A model generated the notes under the pieces. That model saw only the letters and a list, made by a program, of their open reading frames with translations, had not been told where the DNA came from and did no database searches. DNA of 63,829 nucleotides, the filler included, from Octopus bimaculoides (Eukaryota): assembly GCF_001194135.2 (NCBI RefSeq). It is 9 parts of 9 records of this genome, joined end to end, with 100 filler letters (N's around TTAATTAATTAA, not from the genome) between each part and the next. Parts side by side here need not be neighbours in the genome. Positions count along the whole stretch, not along the records: positions 51,377 to 56,186 come from NC_068981.1; positions 56,287 to 58,791 come from NC_068992.1; positions 58,892 to 59,920 come from NW_026421571.1; positions 60,021 to 61,774 come from NW_026377542.1; positions 61,875 to 63,829 come from NW_026405323.1; 4 more parts are not named here. One strand, given 5' to 3'. Below, in pieces: positions 51,277 through 63,829 of this stretch; within the stretch, counting starts at the first letter, position 1, and each line of letters starts with the position of its first letter. Made by a program: the position numbers and the translations under genes.

Positions 51277-51376
51277 NNNNNNNNNNNNNNNNNNNNNNNN
51301 NNNNNNNNNNNNNNNNNNNNTTAATTAATTAANNNNNNNNNNNNNNNNNNNNNNNNNNNNNNNNNNNNNNNNNNNN

Positions 51377-51750
51377 ATGCGTGTGTGTGCGTGTGCGTGT
51401 TTGTGTGTCTGTGTTTGTCCCCCCCCCCAACATCACTTGACAACTGATGCTGGTGTGTTTACGTCCCCGTAACTTAGCGGTTCGGCAAAGTAGACCGATA
51501 GAATAAGTACTAGGCTTGCAAAGAATAAGTCCAGGGGTCGATTTGCTCGACTAAAGGCGTTGCTCCAGCACGGCCACAGTCAAAATGACTGAAACAAGTA
51601 AAAGAGGTAAAAGAGGTATATATATATATATTCACATACATACATGGTCCGAGGCTATAACAGAAGACACTTGCTCAAGGTGTTACGCTGTTGGACTGAA
51701 CCCGAACCATGTGATTGAGAAGCAAACCTCTTACCACACAGCTACACCTA
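51377..51750. mobile_element. Major SINE 3' half (+, 51400-51620) and 5' head (-, 51645-51750)
   Basis: Match to the 52173-53003 copy. Confidence 0.85.
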
Positions 51751-52172
51751 TACATAACATATATATATAGAGGGTGTCCCAGAATTAACTATCTATTTCA
51801 ATGAAATCGGGAAATTTTAAAAAACTAACTGAAATTCATGTTTATCACTTAATTATGATACTATAACAAATAAATTTATAAATACTACCTCAAAACTTTA
51901 TTGAAAATTTTCAACATTTGATCCGTCTGTATCCCTGCAAATTTCAAATCTATTCTTAGTGTTGTGAAACACATTTTGAATAATTTTACACGTTATCTCC
52001 TGCACTGCTAACTAAATGCATTCTTTAAGTTCAGCTAAACTATTGTTCCATTCCTGGGATGGAGGTAAAAACATGATTGCAGCCAAGTTAAAAAAAAAGC
52101 TGTTGTGGACAGATAAGCAGAGTCCAACAGGAATGAAAATAAAATTATTAAAAGAAATATAAAAATTATAAA

Positions 52173-52772
52173 CAGGAGTGGCTGTGTGGTAAGTAGCTTG
52201 CTTACCAACCACATGATTCTGGGTTCAGTCACACTGCGTGGCACCTTGGGCAAGTGTCTTCTACTATAACCTCGGGCCGACCAAAGCCTTGTGAGTGGAT
52301 TTGGTAGACGGAAACTGAAAGAAGCCCGTCGTATATATGTATATGTGTATNNNNNNNNNNNNNNNNNNNNNNNNNNNNNNNNNNNNNNNNNNNNNNNNNN
52401 NNNNNNNNNNNNNNNNNNNNNNNNNNNNNNNNNNNNNNNNNNNNNNNNNNNNNNNNNNNNNNNNNNNNNNNNNNNNNNNNNNNNNNNNNNNNNNNNNNNN
52501 NNNNNNNNNNNNNNNNNNNNNNNNNNNNNNNNNNNNNNNNNNNNNNNNNNNNNNNNNNNNNNNNNNNNNNNNNNNNNNNNNNNNNNNNNNNNNNNNNNNN
52601 NNNNNNNNNNNNNNNNNNNNNNNNNNNNNNNNNNNNNNNNNNNNNNNNNNNNNNNNNNNNNNNNNNNNNNNNNNNNNNNNNNNNNNNNNNNNNNNNNNNN
52701 NNNNNNNNNNNNNNNNNNNNNNNNNNNNNNNNNNNNNNNNNNNNNNNNNNNNNNNNNNNNNNNNNNNNNNNN

Positions 52773-52804
<32 letters not shown>

Positions 52805-53003
52805 TGTGTCCATGTTTGTCCCCCCCACCATCGCTTGACGACCGATGCTGGTGTGTTTACGTCCCCATAACTTAGCGGTTCGGCAAAAGAGACCGACAGA
52901 ATAAGTACTAGGCTTACAAAGAATAAGTCCTGGGGTCGATTTGTTCGACTAAAAGCGGTACTCCAGTATGGCCGCATTCAAATGACTGAAACAAGTCAAA
53001 GAA
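52173..53003 (+). mobile_element. Full-length major tRNA-derived SINE (internal TA/TG tract spans a gap)
   Basis: gtggctgtgtggtaag (A box)…ggttcagtcac (B box-like); body; 3' …gactgaaacaagt. Confidence 0.93.
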
Positions 53004-53067
53004 AAAAATTAAAATTTAGACTTTTAACACAGATCAGTTTCAAATTTTGGCACAAGACCACCAATTT

Positions 53068-53243
53068 CGGGGGGTGGGGAAAAGTCGATTACATCAACCC
53101 CAGTTCTAAACTGGTATTTTATCGACCTCGAGAGGATGAAAGATAAAGCCAACCTCGGCAGAATTTGAACTCAGAACGCCAAGACGGGCGAAATATCGCT
53201 AAGCATTTTGTCAGGTCTGCAAACGATTCTGTCAGCTCACTAC
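53068..53243 (-). mobile_element. SINE family 2
   Basis: Reverse-complement match to 45344-45510. Confidence 0.85.
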
Positions 53244-53929
53244 TTTAATACGTTTAACGCATATTAGACATGATATACATAAATAGAATTGAGTTTTTTT
53301 TTAACTTGTCCGAATTCACTGAAATAGTTAATTCTGGGTAACCCTGTATTTGTGTTCCGTAAAAAATGGGTTAATTAACATTTAAAGGAGTTGTCTCCGG
53401 AAGAAGGTTGCTTCCAGACACACCCAACGAACCCAGGGTAGATGACGCCCTTCAGTTCCTTAGCTGCTCATCTAAGAGAAGTTAACTCCATACAAGTCCG
53501 GCATTCTGATAACTATTGGGCTTCTGACAATTGTTGCACCAAACCAACACATAGCAAACGTGGGTCTCCCTGATCGAACTGAATGACGATCAAAGACACT
53601 CCAGCCGTGACAACCTCACGTTTTGTTTATCTATTACAACATTATTTAATGCGCCCCTCCTTTTTAAGACAATAGTGCTTTTGGAGTAGAAATTTCGCAA
53701 AAAAGATTCAGACTGAATGAAACATGTTATTAATGTTAATCAAAGTCCATGACATTTCCTTAAACAATTAGTATTCGATGTCACGTGATGAATACGTCAT
53801 CAGTTCAGTTCTCTGTAGAAGGAAGTCATCTCGTCAAGGTCGACTCTGCTTTTCATCTGTTTGTAATTGAATGAATTATATGCCGCAATACCTCGTCCAC
53901 ATTAATTTGTAGCCTTGCGACAAGCGGAA

Positions 53930-54170
53930 GAAATCCTCCTCCTCCTCCTCCTCCTCATCATCATCATTATCATAACTATCCCCACCGTCTACCACCGTCC
54001 TCCTCCACATCATCATCAGCAGCAGCATTACCACCTTCATCATCATCATCATCATCATCATCATAATCGTCGTCGTCAACATCACCACTGTCAACATCAC
54101 CACTGTCACCATTACTATCACAACAACCACCATCATCAACAACAACAATGTCCTTGTAATCATCATTATT
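53930..54170 (+). repeat. Compound (CCT)/(CAT)/(CAA) trinucleotide low-complexity tract
   Basis: Direct reading; source of the His/Asp-rich ORFs. Confidence 0.9.
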
Positions 54171-55020
54171 TCTGGATAGCAATCGCAGTGAATTTGCAGA
54201 ACCGGTAGAGCACCGGACAAAACCACCTGCATCATTTTACGTCAGTCGTTCAAAGTTATCCTATCAACCTTCACTTTAACTTTTACTTCATGCTTGTGTC
54301 AGCAAACTAAAGTACCAGTCATGTACTGGGCCGGTCTAATAGACTAACTTCTTTGCGCTTTGTGTCTATGTTAGAAACATGATTGGTTGAATCGTTAGAG
54401 TGTGTGAAAATTATTTATGGTATTTATTTCGGCTATTCATGCTTTGAGTTCGAATCTCACTGATGGTAACTTTGTCTTTAATTCCCTTGCGAGGCACGGG
54501 AAGTTGATAAATTATAGTATTTGTCAAGGACTTGGGTCGATTAATCGACTAACGTCCTCCCATAATACTGCTGGCCTTGTATCTATATTAGAAATTATTA
54601 AAAGGATAGTGGATTGGCAGAGTTGTTAGACAGTGACAAGGTTTCTGCATCGAGTTATGTTCCCCACATTTATCAAAGGAAGGGTTACCTGAATTCGGTT
54701 ATATTCACCAAACTTTTTTTGTACATTAACAACATACAAACTCCTAGCACACACACACACACACAGACACACACACACAGATACACACACACAGGCACAC
54801 ACACACACATACACAGATACACACACACAGACACACACACACACAGACACAGACACACACACACACACACACACACATACACACACTGCTCCGTAATTGC
54901 CGTACATGTTTTACATATAATAACTTTAAAATGCAATCACTTCTGTTGTCGAGCAAAAGCCAGTCCGCAATATCTATTACATGTATCTGCCATTGTTTTC
55001 CCTCTAAATATCATTATAAG

Positions 55021-55073
55021 GAAATTTAATCTCCAGCATGATCCTCATCGATCTCAAAAGCTGAAGGAAGCTC
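55021..55073 (+). CDS. Candidate exon of the plus-strand host gene
   Basis: cattgttttccctc…tatAAG|; KFNLQHDPHRSQKLKEA; donor GCTC|gtaaag (alternative at 55079/80), both exiting in phase 1. Confidence 0.35.
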
Positions 55074-55181
55074 GTAAAGGTCGGGTATTTACTACTGTTT
55101 CCCAAACTTAAAAATAAAGAATCTACCACGTATCTTATCCTCCTACCTACTCTCTATTTCCCTGCTCTTTCTCTTTCAAAG

Positions 55182-55283
55182 TTGACGACTATGCAATTAG
55201 CAATTTACGTAGTTTGAAAGCAGACAACATTGCAACAACGTCATACGATGAATTTTTGGCCAAATCCCAAACGGAGTCACTCA
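55182..55283 (+). CDS. Candidate exon (102 nt, phase 1-1)
   Basis: Strong acceptor ctctctatttccctgctctttctctttcaaAG|; DDYAISNLRSLKADNIATTSYDEFLAKSQTESL; donor (gtacat) weak, so the 3' boundary is uncertain. Confidence 0.5.
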
Positions 55284-56148
55284 GTACATACAAATTTATA
55301 AACTATTATCACTGCCGATTAATCCACTAATTCTAGTACTATTTCTCCTGTTGAACCAACTTTTTTTAATATTTTTTCTCTTTAATATTATCAAAAATCC
55401 ACAGCCTGGTGGATGGGCAGTATCGGTGAAACGATGAATTAAAAATGTAGTATTTTACATTCTGAGTTAAAATCCCACAGTATTCGACTTTGCTTTCGTT
55501 GTCTCAACTTCGATAGAATACCTGAAATAAACTAAGGTTTATTATCTTTCCCCCCAGTATAATTTCTTAGATCTTGTGCAGACACAAAATTTTCAAATAA
55601 CGGAAAGGTTCTTTCCTTTCCTATAATTTTCGCTTCATTTTTGAAGGATTGATTGGTCCTATAATTTCATGTAAGAAAAAAGAAAAAAACAATCTGTACA
55701 ATAATATTATTGCATACAGAGTTAAATACAGATTTTAAGAGCTTCAGTGAGATATCTATATATGTGTATTTTGTAGAATACGGATTAGCAGCGTTTGTCA
55801 AACAAAAGGGCAAATATGTGCAGCAGTTTCTATTTTTTCTTCCCTTTCTTCATTAAAGTATACTAGTGCATGTTCTATCGTTTTATGCTTGAATAGATAG
55901 CACTTCGCTTCATTAAAATATAAGTGTATATGCAAGGAAGAACTAAATAAAAAAATGGCAAAACAATATTGAAATAAAAAAAATTTAATCATCAAAATAC
56001 ATATCAGTTTTTAACAGCTTTTATACCTATACACAACATAACAAACAACAATTTGCGAACTGTAAGCCTCCTTATCACTGTTGCATTGCCAGATTCCATA
56101 GATCACATTGCCATTACACTGTTGACTCTTATGCATAAAGTAATTTGT

Positions 56149-56186
<38 letters not shown>

Positions 56187-56326
56187 NNNNNNNNNNNNNN
56201 NNNNNNNNNNNNNNNNNNNNNNNNNNNNNNTTAATTAATTAANNNNNNNNNNNNNNNNNNNNNNNNNNNNNNNNNNNNNNNNNNNNAGTGAAGTGAAAGC
56301 ACGTTATAAAAATAAAACTACTGAAC

Positions 56327-56397
<71 letters not shown>

Positions 56398-56410
56398 TAG
56401 CATCATAGCC

Positions 56411-56719
56411 ATGTGTTGAGAGGAATTCTTTGGGGTTTGAATAATTCACCTTTGGAATCGTGGGTGTTTTGCTCAACATCCTTAAACAAACCTTATTCAG
56501 GGATTTTGAGCGGGATGGGCTACTCGACCTGAAGAAAATTCTAACTGGGCTCCCACCTGCGAGTTAATGCGCTGTTTATGAGATCACCATCTCACGCACA
56601 TATGGTTGTGATGCATGTGCCTGGTGTACCCTTATCAGACGGGTAGTCATGATGGGCATATTGGGCTTCACATATTTTACCACAGTGTCACTTTGATGGC
56701 ATGCACTGCTCTCTCACTC
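56411..56719 (+). mobile_element. Non-coding dispersed repeat inside (TAA)n (copy 2)
   Basis: Matches 7138-7454; (TAA)n at 56327-56396 and 56720-56800. Confidence 0.88.
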
Positions 56720-56786
<67 letters not shown>

Positions 56787-56849
56787 GTAATAATAATAAT
56801 GATATCTATATGAATATTCATTCATATGTTTACTCATTTATCGTATATA

Positions 56850-57026
56850 TATGTGGTGTTGATGAAAAGTTCGTGGCGTTAAGGGTATTGTTATAGGCCA
56901 AATCTTCAGACTTCTTTTACAAGGCTTAGAAAAACTTAACGACCGCTGTAATAAGTGTGTGAAGAATATGTTGAATAAAATCATAATTAACTGACCCTCC
57001 AGTTTTTTCCATCTCACCCAAAGCCA
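56850..57026. mobile_element. Decayed mariner MITE (copy 2)
   Basis: Aligns with 39301-39519 (…ggcttagaaaaact…gaatatgttgaataaaatcataattaa…). Confidence 0.7.
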
Positions 57027-57099
57027 TATACATGAGAATAAAGGAGAAAGGTGGTCTCCTGCATGCAATGAATGGATGCGCTGCTGAATGGTAGAAGTT

Positions 57100-57800
57100 A
57101 TGTATGAGAATTGGTGCTAGAAATACTGAGACACTGGTCCTCTGAAGAATGTTTCCCTATTGTGTTCCGCAATTTAGTGGAATATTTCTGAGACAAGTGA
57201 AACATTTTAAGTATCTCGGGGCCATATTTATGAGTGTTGAAACTAAATTGTATGATAGCTGTGGTGGTGTGAGAATATTTATGAGCCAGCTCCACCATTC
57301 GATCGTTAGAGGAGGAGGGGGATTATTAAACAAATCTAAATTATTATCGTCAATTTGTCTTTTTGTGTCTAACTCCCCATATAGAGACGAATGTTGGCTA
57401 ATGACTGGAAGTATCCAAATCCTACACTATAGGCTGAAATTAGATTCAGCCAAAAGAATTCTTAGCATAACGTTACTTGGTGGAGTGTATAGCCCGCAGG
57501 ACAAATCATCTGTTACTTCCCCGTTTCGCTGTTCCAGAACTATGAACATGAGATTAGAATGCCATAATAAAGAATCACATGATGGTTTCTTGAAACTGGG
57601 TCAACCAGTAGAAAATCTCGGGTGAGACTAAAATGAGATAGTTAAATAATAACCATCGTCTCAGTTGAGCGCGCACAGGAATTCAACCGGAAAGCGTTAT
57701 GAAGTTTGCTGCTGATAGGGCCCTATGAGAAGGTAGATATGGCCTCTACTTCCAGGTATCATCCTAGAATTTGAGGGCAGAGAGCATCGCGGGATAGTGG
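57100..57800 (+). mobile_element. Degenerate RTE-like LINE RT C-terminal fragment
   Basis: FLRQVKHFKYLGAIF; KSKLLS…ECW; SAKRILSIT. Confidence 0.65.
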
Positions 57801-58027
57801 AATACAAAAAGCAAAAGATAGTGCATCATGTCAATATTATTAGCTTGGCGCTCATGGAAGAATGGAATGGTTAAAGTGTTTTACATTTCGGAAATGGTCT
57901 ATCTTCAGATAGGAGAGGAAAACCAGCGGGAATGGAAAGAGAAGGAAGAGAATGAATGGAGCTAAAAAAAAAAACCTAAAGAAGTGAAAAAGGAAAACCT
58001 GCAAGTATGATCCTATCACCGTTTAAC

Positions 58028-58078
<51 letters not shown>

Positions 58079-58160
58079 ATTTAATAGACACCTGGTGTGT
58101 ATTTATGTGCTACTGTTAGTTTCATGCAGTTAAAGCATGCCAGACAGTATTTTTTAACAT

Positions 58161-58190
58161 GTCCGGTTTCCTAACACAATCATCAGGCAC
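58161..58190 (-). ncRNA. Degenerate hammerhead-like motif
   Basis: CTGATGA-ttgtgttag-GAAA-CCGGAC; helix II poorly paired. Confidence 0.3.
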
Positions 58191-59588
58191 TGCCCACCTG
58201 GCATAACGAACTAAACAGGGGACGCGAGGATGACAGAAAAAGTGTGAAAGGGGAGAAAGAAGTAGATATAAAAGGTGGAAGGTTGAAAAACCCGGAAAAC
58301 GAAAAAGAAAATAGAAAGAAGCAAATGGGGTGAATTAAAGTTATTTTCCCTTAGACTGTAAAATATAAGGCTGGAAAGATAGTGACATAGAATCTGTGCT
58401 TCAATCCGGAGAGGGTGGCACTTTCCAATTTGTCAACAGAAAATAAGCCATATGCTTAAAACGGCTGAACATTTCGGATCTAGAGTTCAGAAATATATTA
58501 TAGTTCTTAGATCTCAAAAGTATCTGACTTCTATCAGCTACGCGTAATCGAGAAGCCCACACCACGTATAGAGGGATGAAATATGTAGGCTATGCGTAGC
58601 TGAAGGAACTCAGACCCTTCTCGGGTCTTAGAGCTCTAACACACTGTTGAATTCTAGATTTGAAATTTATCTCTCACCAGCTGGATTACTTCTTTCGTTG
58701 ATTTTACCATCACGGAACAGTACACTACAGATGTATGTGTGTGTGTGTGTGTGTGTCTGTATTATGTATATATATATATATATATATATATNNNNNNNNN
58801 NNNNNNNNNNNNNNNNNNNNNNNNNNNNNNNNNNNTTAATTAATTAANNNNNNNNNNNNNNNNNNNNNNNNNNNNNNNNNNNNNNNNNNNNCTCTCTCTC
58901 ACTATCTCTCTCTCTCTCTCACTATCTCTCTCTCTCTCTCACTATAAATCACTCTCCCTCCCTCTCAGTCGCTGTCATTCTCTCTCTCTCTCTCTGTCAG
59001 TTATGTCTTTTCTCATCTGGCACGAAATAGTAGATCAACGTTAAGCAGCATCGCTAGATATTGAAAATACTGGCAGGCCTGTCTGGCGCGTAGGCTATTG
59101 AATTGTGCAATGGCGTTAAAGTTACATTTCTCTAAGCTTAACTGTCCATGATACTCTCAATGGTTTATGACTACATAAATATCTGTCTACATAAAAATAA
59201 GCGATGAATGTTGCAGAAATTAATGTTCAATTTGACACTTAGTTCCAGTTTAATAGTATGCGATATAATTTGATCTTTGAATCCTGAGAAAATGTGCCAC
59301 ATAAATAAGAACATCTGTAACTATGCCAACATTCCAGTTTAGCCGAGCTAGAAGCATTTTAAATGTCAAGACAGCAACCAAACAGAAATACAATCAGTAG
59401 TGTGATAGGCGAGAATTTTCCTTAAATGGCAATATTATCTACAGTTAAAATATGTTTGAAAGTAGGCTTCGTACCAAATTGAAAGATCACCAATGTGACC
59501 GTTTATCGGTGACGCTCATACACACGTACACAAACACACACACACATCCATATATATATAAAAGTTTAAATTAAATAGACATTATTAC

Positions 59589-59638
<50 letters not shown>

Positions 59639-59662
59639 GTAATAATAATAATAATAATAATA

Positions 59663-59920
59663 AGGGTTCATACGGCTGTAAAGATCAATTATTGATCAAT
59701 AAAGCCATAACTGAAGACAGCCGCAGAAAGAAGAAAGGCCTCAGTTTGGCCTGGGTGGACTACCAAAAAGCTTTCGACAGTGAACCCCACACGTGGATTC
59801 TCGATACACTAGCTATAAGCAAGGTGGCACCAATTATTATAAAATACATAAGGCACTCCATGAAGAAATAGCATACAGTGCTACAGCTCCAAACAAAAGA
59901 GGGACTTGTGAAAACGAAAG
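59663..59920 (+). mobile_element. R4/Dong-like RT fragment beginning exactly after (TAA)n
   Basis: GSYGCKDQLLINKAITED…LSLAWVDYQKAFDSEPHTWI; same family as 30158-31505; (TAA)n 59593-59662. Confidence 0.9.
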
Positions 59921-60020
59921 NNNNNNNNNNNNNNNNNNNNNNNNNNNNNNNNNNNNNNNNNNNNTTAATTAATTAANNNNNNNNNNNNNNNNNNNNNNNN
60001 NNNNNNNNNNNNNNNNNNNN

Positions 60021-60078
<58 letters not shown>

Positions 60079-60268
60079 GTATTTCTTTTTATGTTTAGAT
60101 TCTTCGTGTGAAGCTTCAAGAGGTACGCTTGATTCCAGATATTTCTTACAATACAAACTCTTTCACATACCAAACCAGCCAACTAGTCAGCCAACCAGCC
60201 AAACACACACTTTTGTTATTCGGTTTATCTGTGTTGTATGTTCTCCGATGTGTTTGTACACCATTGTT

Positions 60269-60321
<53 letters not shown>

Positions 60322-60432
60322 ACATTCATCCAAAAGTGTAAGCATATACTCACACGCACATACACATANNNNNNNNNNCGCACATACACATATGCACGCA
60401 CACACACACACACACGCACACACACACACACG

Positions 60433-60479
<47 letters not shown>

Positions 60480-60527
60480 GCACATACGCACGCACTCATT
60501 ATTTACCGAACTACATCGTCTTCTCAG

Positions 60528-60662
60528 TGGGCGAGCTGTCTGCAAAGAAGGACAAATTGAAGAGACTTGCGGCAAATGGTAGACGCAGAGAGATTGAGAA
60601 CGAAATTGGAAATTCTGCAGGAAGGTCTTGGAATGCATTAAAACCAACCGTGCCAGGAAACT
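60528..60662 (+). CDS. Candidate internal exon (135 nt, phase 1-1)
   Basis: catcgtcttctcAG| … AACT|gtaagc; GELSAKKDKLKRLAANGRRREIENEIGNSAGRSWNALKPTVPGN; the other two frames contain stops; GC-richer than the flanks. Confidence 0.62.
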
Positions 60663-60872
60663 GTAAGCTGCCAATCCCGCAAGATTTCACTGTCTCGACT
60701 TACTCTGCTTTATCATCAATGTTTTCTTCGGAATTACCATTTACAATGACTACTTGATTTCTATTCCTCCAATTCTTTCTTTGTCTTTCTCTCTATCTCT
60801 CTATTCTCTTTCCACTTTTTATCAGCCTCTCTCTCCTTCCCTCTTTCTCATTTCCTTTCTCTCTTTTTCCAC

Positions 60873-60905
<33 letters not shown>

Positions 60906-61554
60906 CCCACGCGATCCCTTTTGATCGAAATTATCCCCCCCCCCCAAGAAAAGCTCTACATTGTAATGTGTCCATTTTCTGTATTTAGCCGTGTGGCTAT
61001 AATAAAAAGATTTCTACCCATCTACCAACCCATCTATCTATCTATCTGTCTGTCTATCTATCTATCTATCTATCTATCTAACTGTCTGTCTGTCTGTCTA
61101 TCTNNNNNNNNNNNNNNNNNNNNNNNNNNNNNNNNNNNNNNNNNNNNNNNNNNNNNNNNNNNNNNNNNNNNNNNNNNNNNNNNNNNNNNNNNNNNNNNNN
61201 NNNNNNNNNNNNNNNNNNNNNNNNNNNNNNNNNNNNNNNNNNNNNNNNNNNNNNNNNNNNNNNNNNNNNNNNNNNNNNNNNNNNNNNNNNNNNNNNNNNN
61301 NNNNNNNNNNNNNNNNNNNNNNNNNNNNNNNNNNNNNNNNNNNNNNNNNNNNNNNNNNNNNNNNNNNNNNNNNNNNNNNNNNNNNNNNNNNNNNNNNNNN
61401 NNNNNNNNNNNNNNNNNNNNNNNNNNNNNNNNNNNNNNNNNNNNNNAGAACAACTATTGACAAACTTCGTGATCGAAGCTAATGGACATAGGCAAAACCT
61501 CACCCATATTATAACATTTCCTCTCGAATCGACGTTCCATTTACGTATCTATCT

Positions 61555-61724
61555 CGTACCTACCTACCTACCTACCTACCTACCTACCTACCTACCTACC
61601 TACCTATCTACCTACCTACCTATCTACTACTTACCTATCTATCTACCTACCGACCGACCGACCGACCGACCTATCTCTCTACATACATACATACATACAG
61701 ACAGACAGACAGACAGACAAGCCC

Positions 61725-61764
<40 letters not shown>

Positions 61765-61770
61765 GTGCAT
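61555..61770 (+). repeat. Compound tetranucleotide array (TACC)(TATC)(GACC)(TACA)(CAGA)(TATC)
   Basis: Direct reading; similar TATC tracts at 58028-58058, 60875-60905 and 61030-61103. Confidence 0.92.
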
Positions 61771-61874
61771 ATATNNNNNNNNNNNNNNNNNNNNNNNNNN
61801 NNNNNNNNNNNNNNNNNNTTAATTAATTAANNNNNNNNNNNNNNNNNNNNNNNNNNNNNNNNNNNNNNNNNNNN

Positions 61875-61907
<33 letters not shown>

Positions 61908-62021
61908 TAATCGCTATTTTATCTTTATGTTGAAACAGGCGAGAAAAAAAAAGATGCAAAGTAAATAAAAAAAAATACATGAAAGCTTTTCTCAGATATA
62001 TTGTTACACAGAATATAGCAG

Positions 62022-62037
62022 TTGATGGTGACGATGA

Positions 62038-62068
<31 letters not shown>

Positions 62069-62273
62069 GATGATGACGATGATGATGATGACGACGACAT
62101 CGATGATGATGCTGGTGATGAGGTTGATGATGATGATAATGATGGTGATGTTGATGTCAAGGTTGATGGCGATGGTGATGGTGAAGTTGATGATGGCGAT
62201 GGTGATGATGATGATGATGATGATGACGATGAAGTTGACGCTGGTGATGTTGGTGATGATGATGATGATGATA

Positions 62274-62317
<44 letters not shown>
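62022..62317 (+). repeat. Interrupted (GAT)n microsatellite
   Basis: Direct reading; runs into a gap. Confidence 0.95.
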
Positions 62318-63242
62318 NNNNNNNNNNNNNNNNNNNNNNNNNNNNNNNNNNNNNNNNNNNNNNNNNNNNNNNNNNNNNNNNNNNNNNNNNNNNNNNNNNN
62401 NNNNNNNNNNNNNNNNNNNNNNNNNNNNNNNNNNNNNNNNNNNNNNNNNNNNNNNNNNNNNNNNNNNNNNNNNNNNNNNNNNNNNNNNNNNNNNNNNNNN
62501 NNNNNNNNNNNNNNNNNNNNNNNNNNNNNNNNNNNNNNNNNNNNNNNNNNNNNNNNNNNNNNNNNNNNNNNNNNNNNNNNNNNNNNNNNNNNNNNNNNNN
62601 NNNNNNNNNNNNNNNNNNNNNNNNNNNNNNNNNNNNNNNNNNNNNNNNNNNNNNNNNNNNNNNNNNNNNNNNNNNNNNNNNNNNNNNNNNNNNNNNNNNN
62701 NNNNNNNNNNNNNNNNNNNNNNNNNNNNNNNNNNNNNNNNNNNNNNNNNNNNNNNNNNNNNNNNNNNNNNNNNNNNNNNNNNNNNNNNNNNNNNNNNNNN
62801 NNNNNNNNNNNNNNNNNNNNNNNNNNNNNNNNNNNNNNNNNNNNNNNNNNNNNNNNNNNNNNNNNNNNNNNNNNNNNNNNNNNNNNNNNNNNNNNNNNNN
62901 NNNNNNNNNNNNNNNNNNNNNNNNNNNNNNNNNNNNNNNNNNNNNNNNNNNNNNNNNNNNNNNNNNNNNNNNNNNNNNNNNNNNNNNNNNNNNNNNNNNN
63001 NNNNNNNNNNNNNNNNNNNNNNNNNNNNNNNNNNNNNNNNNNNNNNNNNNNNNNNNNNNNNNNNNNNNNNNNNNNNNNNNNNNNNNNNNNNNNNNNNNNN
63101 NNNNNNNNNNNNNNNNNNNNNNNNNNNNNNNNNNNNNNNNNNNNNNNNNNNNNNNNNNNNNNNNNNNNNNNNNNNNNNNNNNNNNNNNNNNNNNNNNNNN
63201 NNNNNNNNNNNNNNNNNNNNNNNNNNNNNNNNNNNNNNNNNN

Positions 63243-63315
<73 letters not shown>

Positions 63316-63339
63316 ATTCACACATATATATATGTGTGT

Positions 63340-63376
<37 letters not shown>

Positions 63377-63623
63377 TATACAAATATGTGTATACGAGGA
63401 AATGTCTCTGCTGGCGTAACTAATGTTGTATGTATATGTTTGTGCATTATAAAAAAATATATGATGCTGGCGTACGTATATGTCTGTACGCATGGTGTGT
63501 ATATGTTCAAGTATGCGTGTGTATATGTGTGCATGTGTGTGCGCGTGTGTGTGCAAAGAAATAGAGGAGTTTGATCGATAGTGGTTCTATTGAACTTCTA
63601 AAAGCATTTTCTAATAACTACAG

Positions 63624-63664
63624 GGGAAATTATTGCAAGACGCTTAGAGAGAAAACTGCCTTGA
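63624..63664 (+). CDS. Candidate terminal coding exon
   Basis: cattttCTAATaactacAG| (branch-point-like); phase-1 entry joins 60662 to give …PGN-W-EIIARRLERKLP* (TGA at 63662-63664). Confidence 0.5.
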
Positions 63665-63829
63665 AAATTACTATAAAGGAAATATCTCTCTCCCTTTCTC
63701 TCTCTCTCTCTATCTCTATCTCTCTCTCACACACACATATACGTATACATACATATATACATGTAAGCATACAGACATTCAAACATATATACATATACAC
63801 ACATACACATACATATATATCTATATCTA

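Larger units (their letters stand above)
51770..53346 (-). mobile_element. Tc1/mariner deletion derivative with TA TSD, carrying two nested SINEs
   Basis: TA-gagggtgtcccagaattaacta…tagttaattctgggtaaccctg-TA; minus frame NSLAELKECI*LAVQEITCKIIQNVFHNTKNRFEICRDTDGSNVE is transposase C-terminus-like. Confidence 0.8.

Noticed and set aside
47810-51332. RSFVRTYV-rich ORFs up to 396 aa
   Set aside because: Tetramer repeats lack stops in several frames on both strands, so open frames are a by-product of the satellite.
52173-52250. tRNA gene calls for SINE heads (also 35440-35508, 44021-44080)
   Set aside because: A and B boxes are present, but there is no complete cloverleaf and each continues into a repeated SINE body.
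25302-61830. Eight identical TTAATTAATTAA words at irregular spacing (could look like a repeat array or binding site)
   Set aside because: Each lies inside an N gap (44 N on each side where counted): an artificial scaffolding spacer, not biology.

Overview
AT-rich eukaryotic draft-assembly window, about a quarter N gaps, dominated by transposable-element debris and microsatellites. The SINE families and the (TAA)n/(TA)n/(CA)n load resemble an Octopus genome (inference from recognised motifs, not a database hit). Supported content: (i) about ten R4/Dong-like non-LTR retroelement pieces (RT + CCHC + PD-(D/E)xK REL endonuclease), many abutting (TAA)n tracts; (ii) Penelope-like element fragments (RT, GIY-YIG) and several minimal hammerhead-like motifs; (iii) L1/Tx1-type ORF1 and ORF2 fragments in a chimeric arrangement; (iv) Tc1/mariner derivatives, including a nearly fully palindromic DD41D element; (v) many tRNA-derived SINEs. 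The most unusual structure is a ~4.2 kb CpG-saturated, strand-switching satellite at 47.1-51.3 kb, built from TTCG/TACG tetramers with a ~690 bp higher-order period. Two candidate host genes absent from the ORF track were inferred by hand from splice signals and phase compatibility: a minus-strand one (best exon 24500-24649) and a plus-strand one (best exons 55182-55283, 60528-60662, 63624-63664). Neither protein was recognised. Most long ORFs in the track are artefacts of microsatellites or N runs. No CRISPR, rRNA or genuine tRNA gene was seen.
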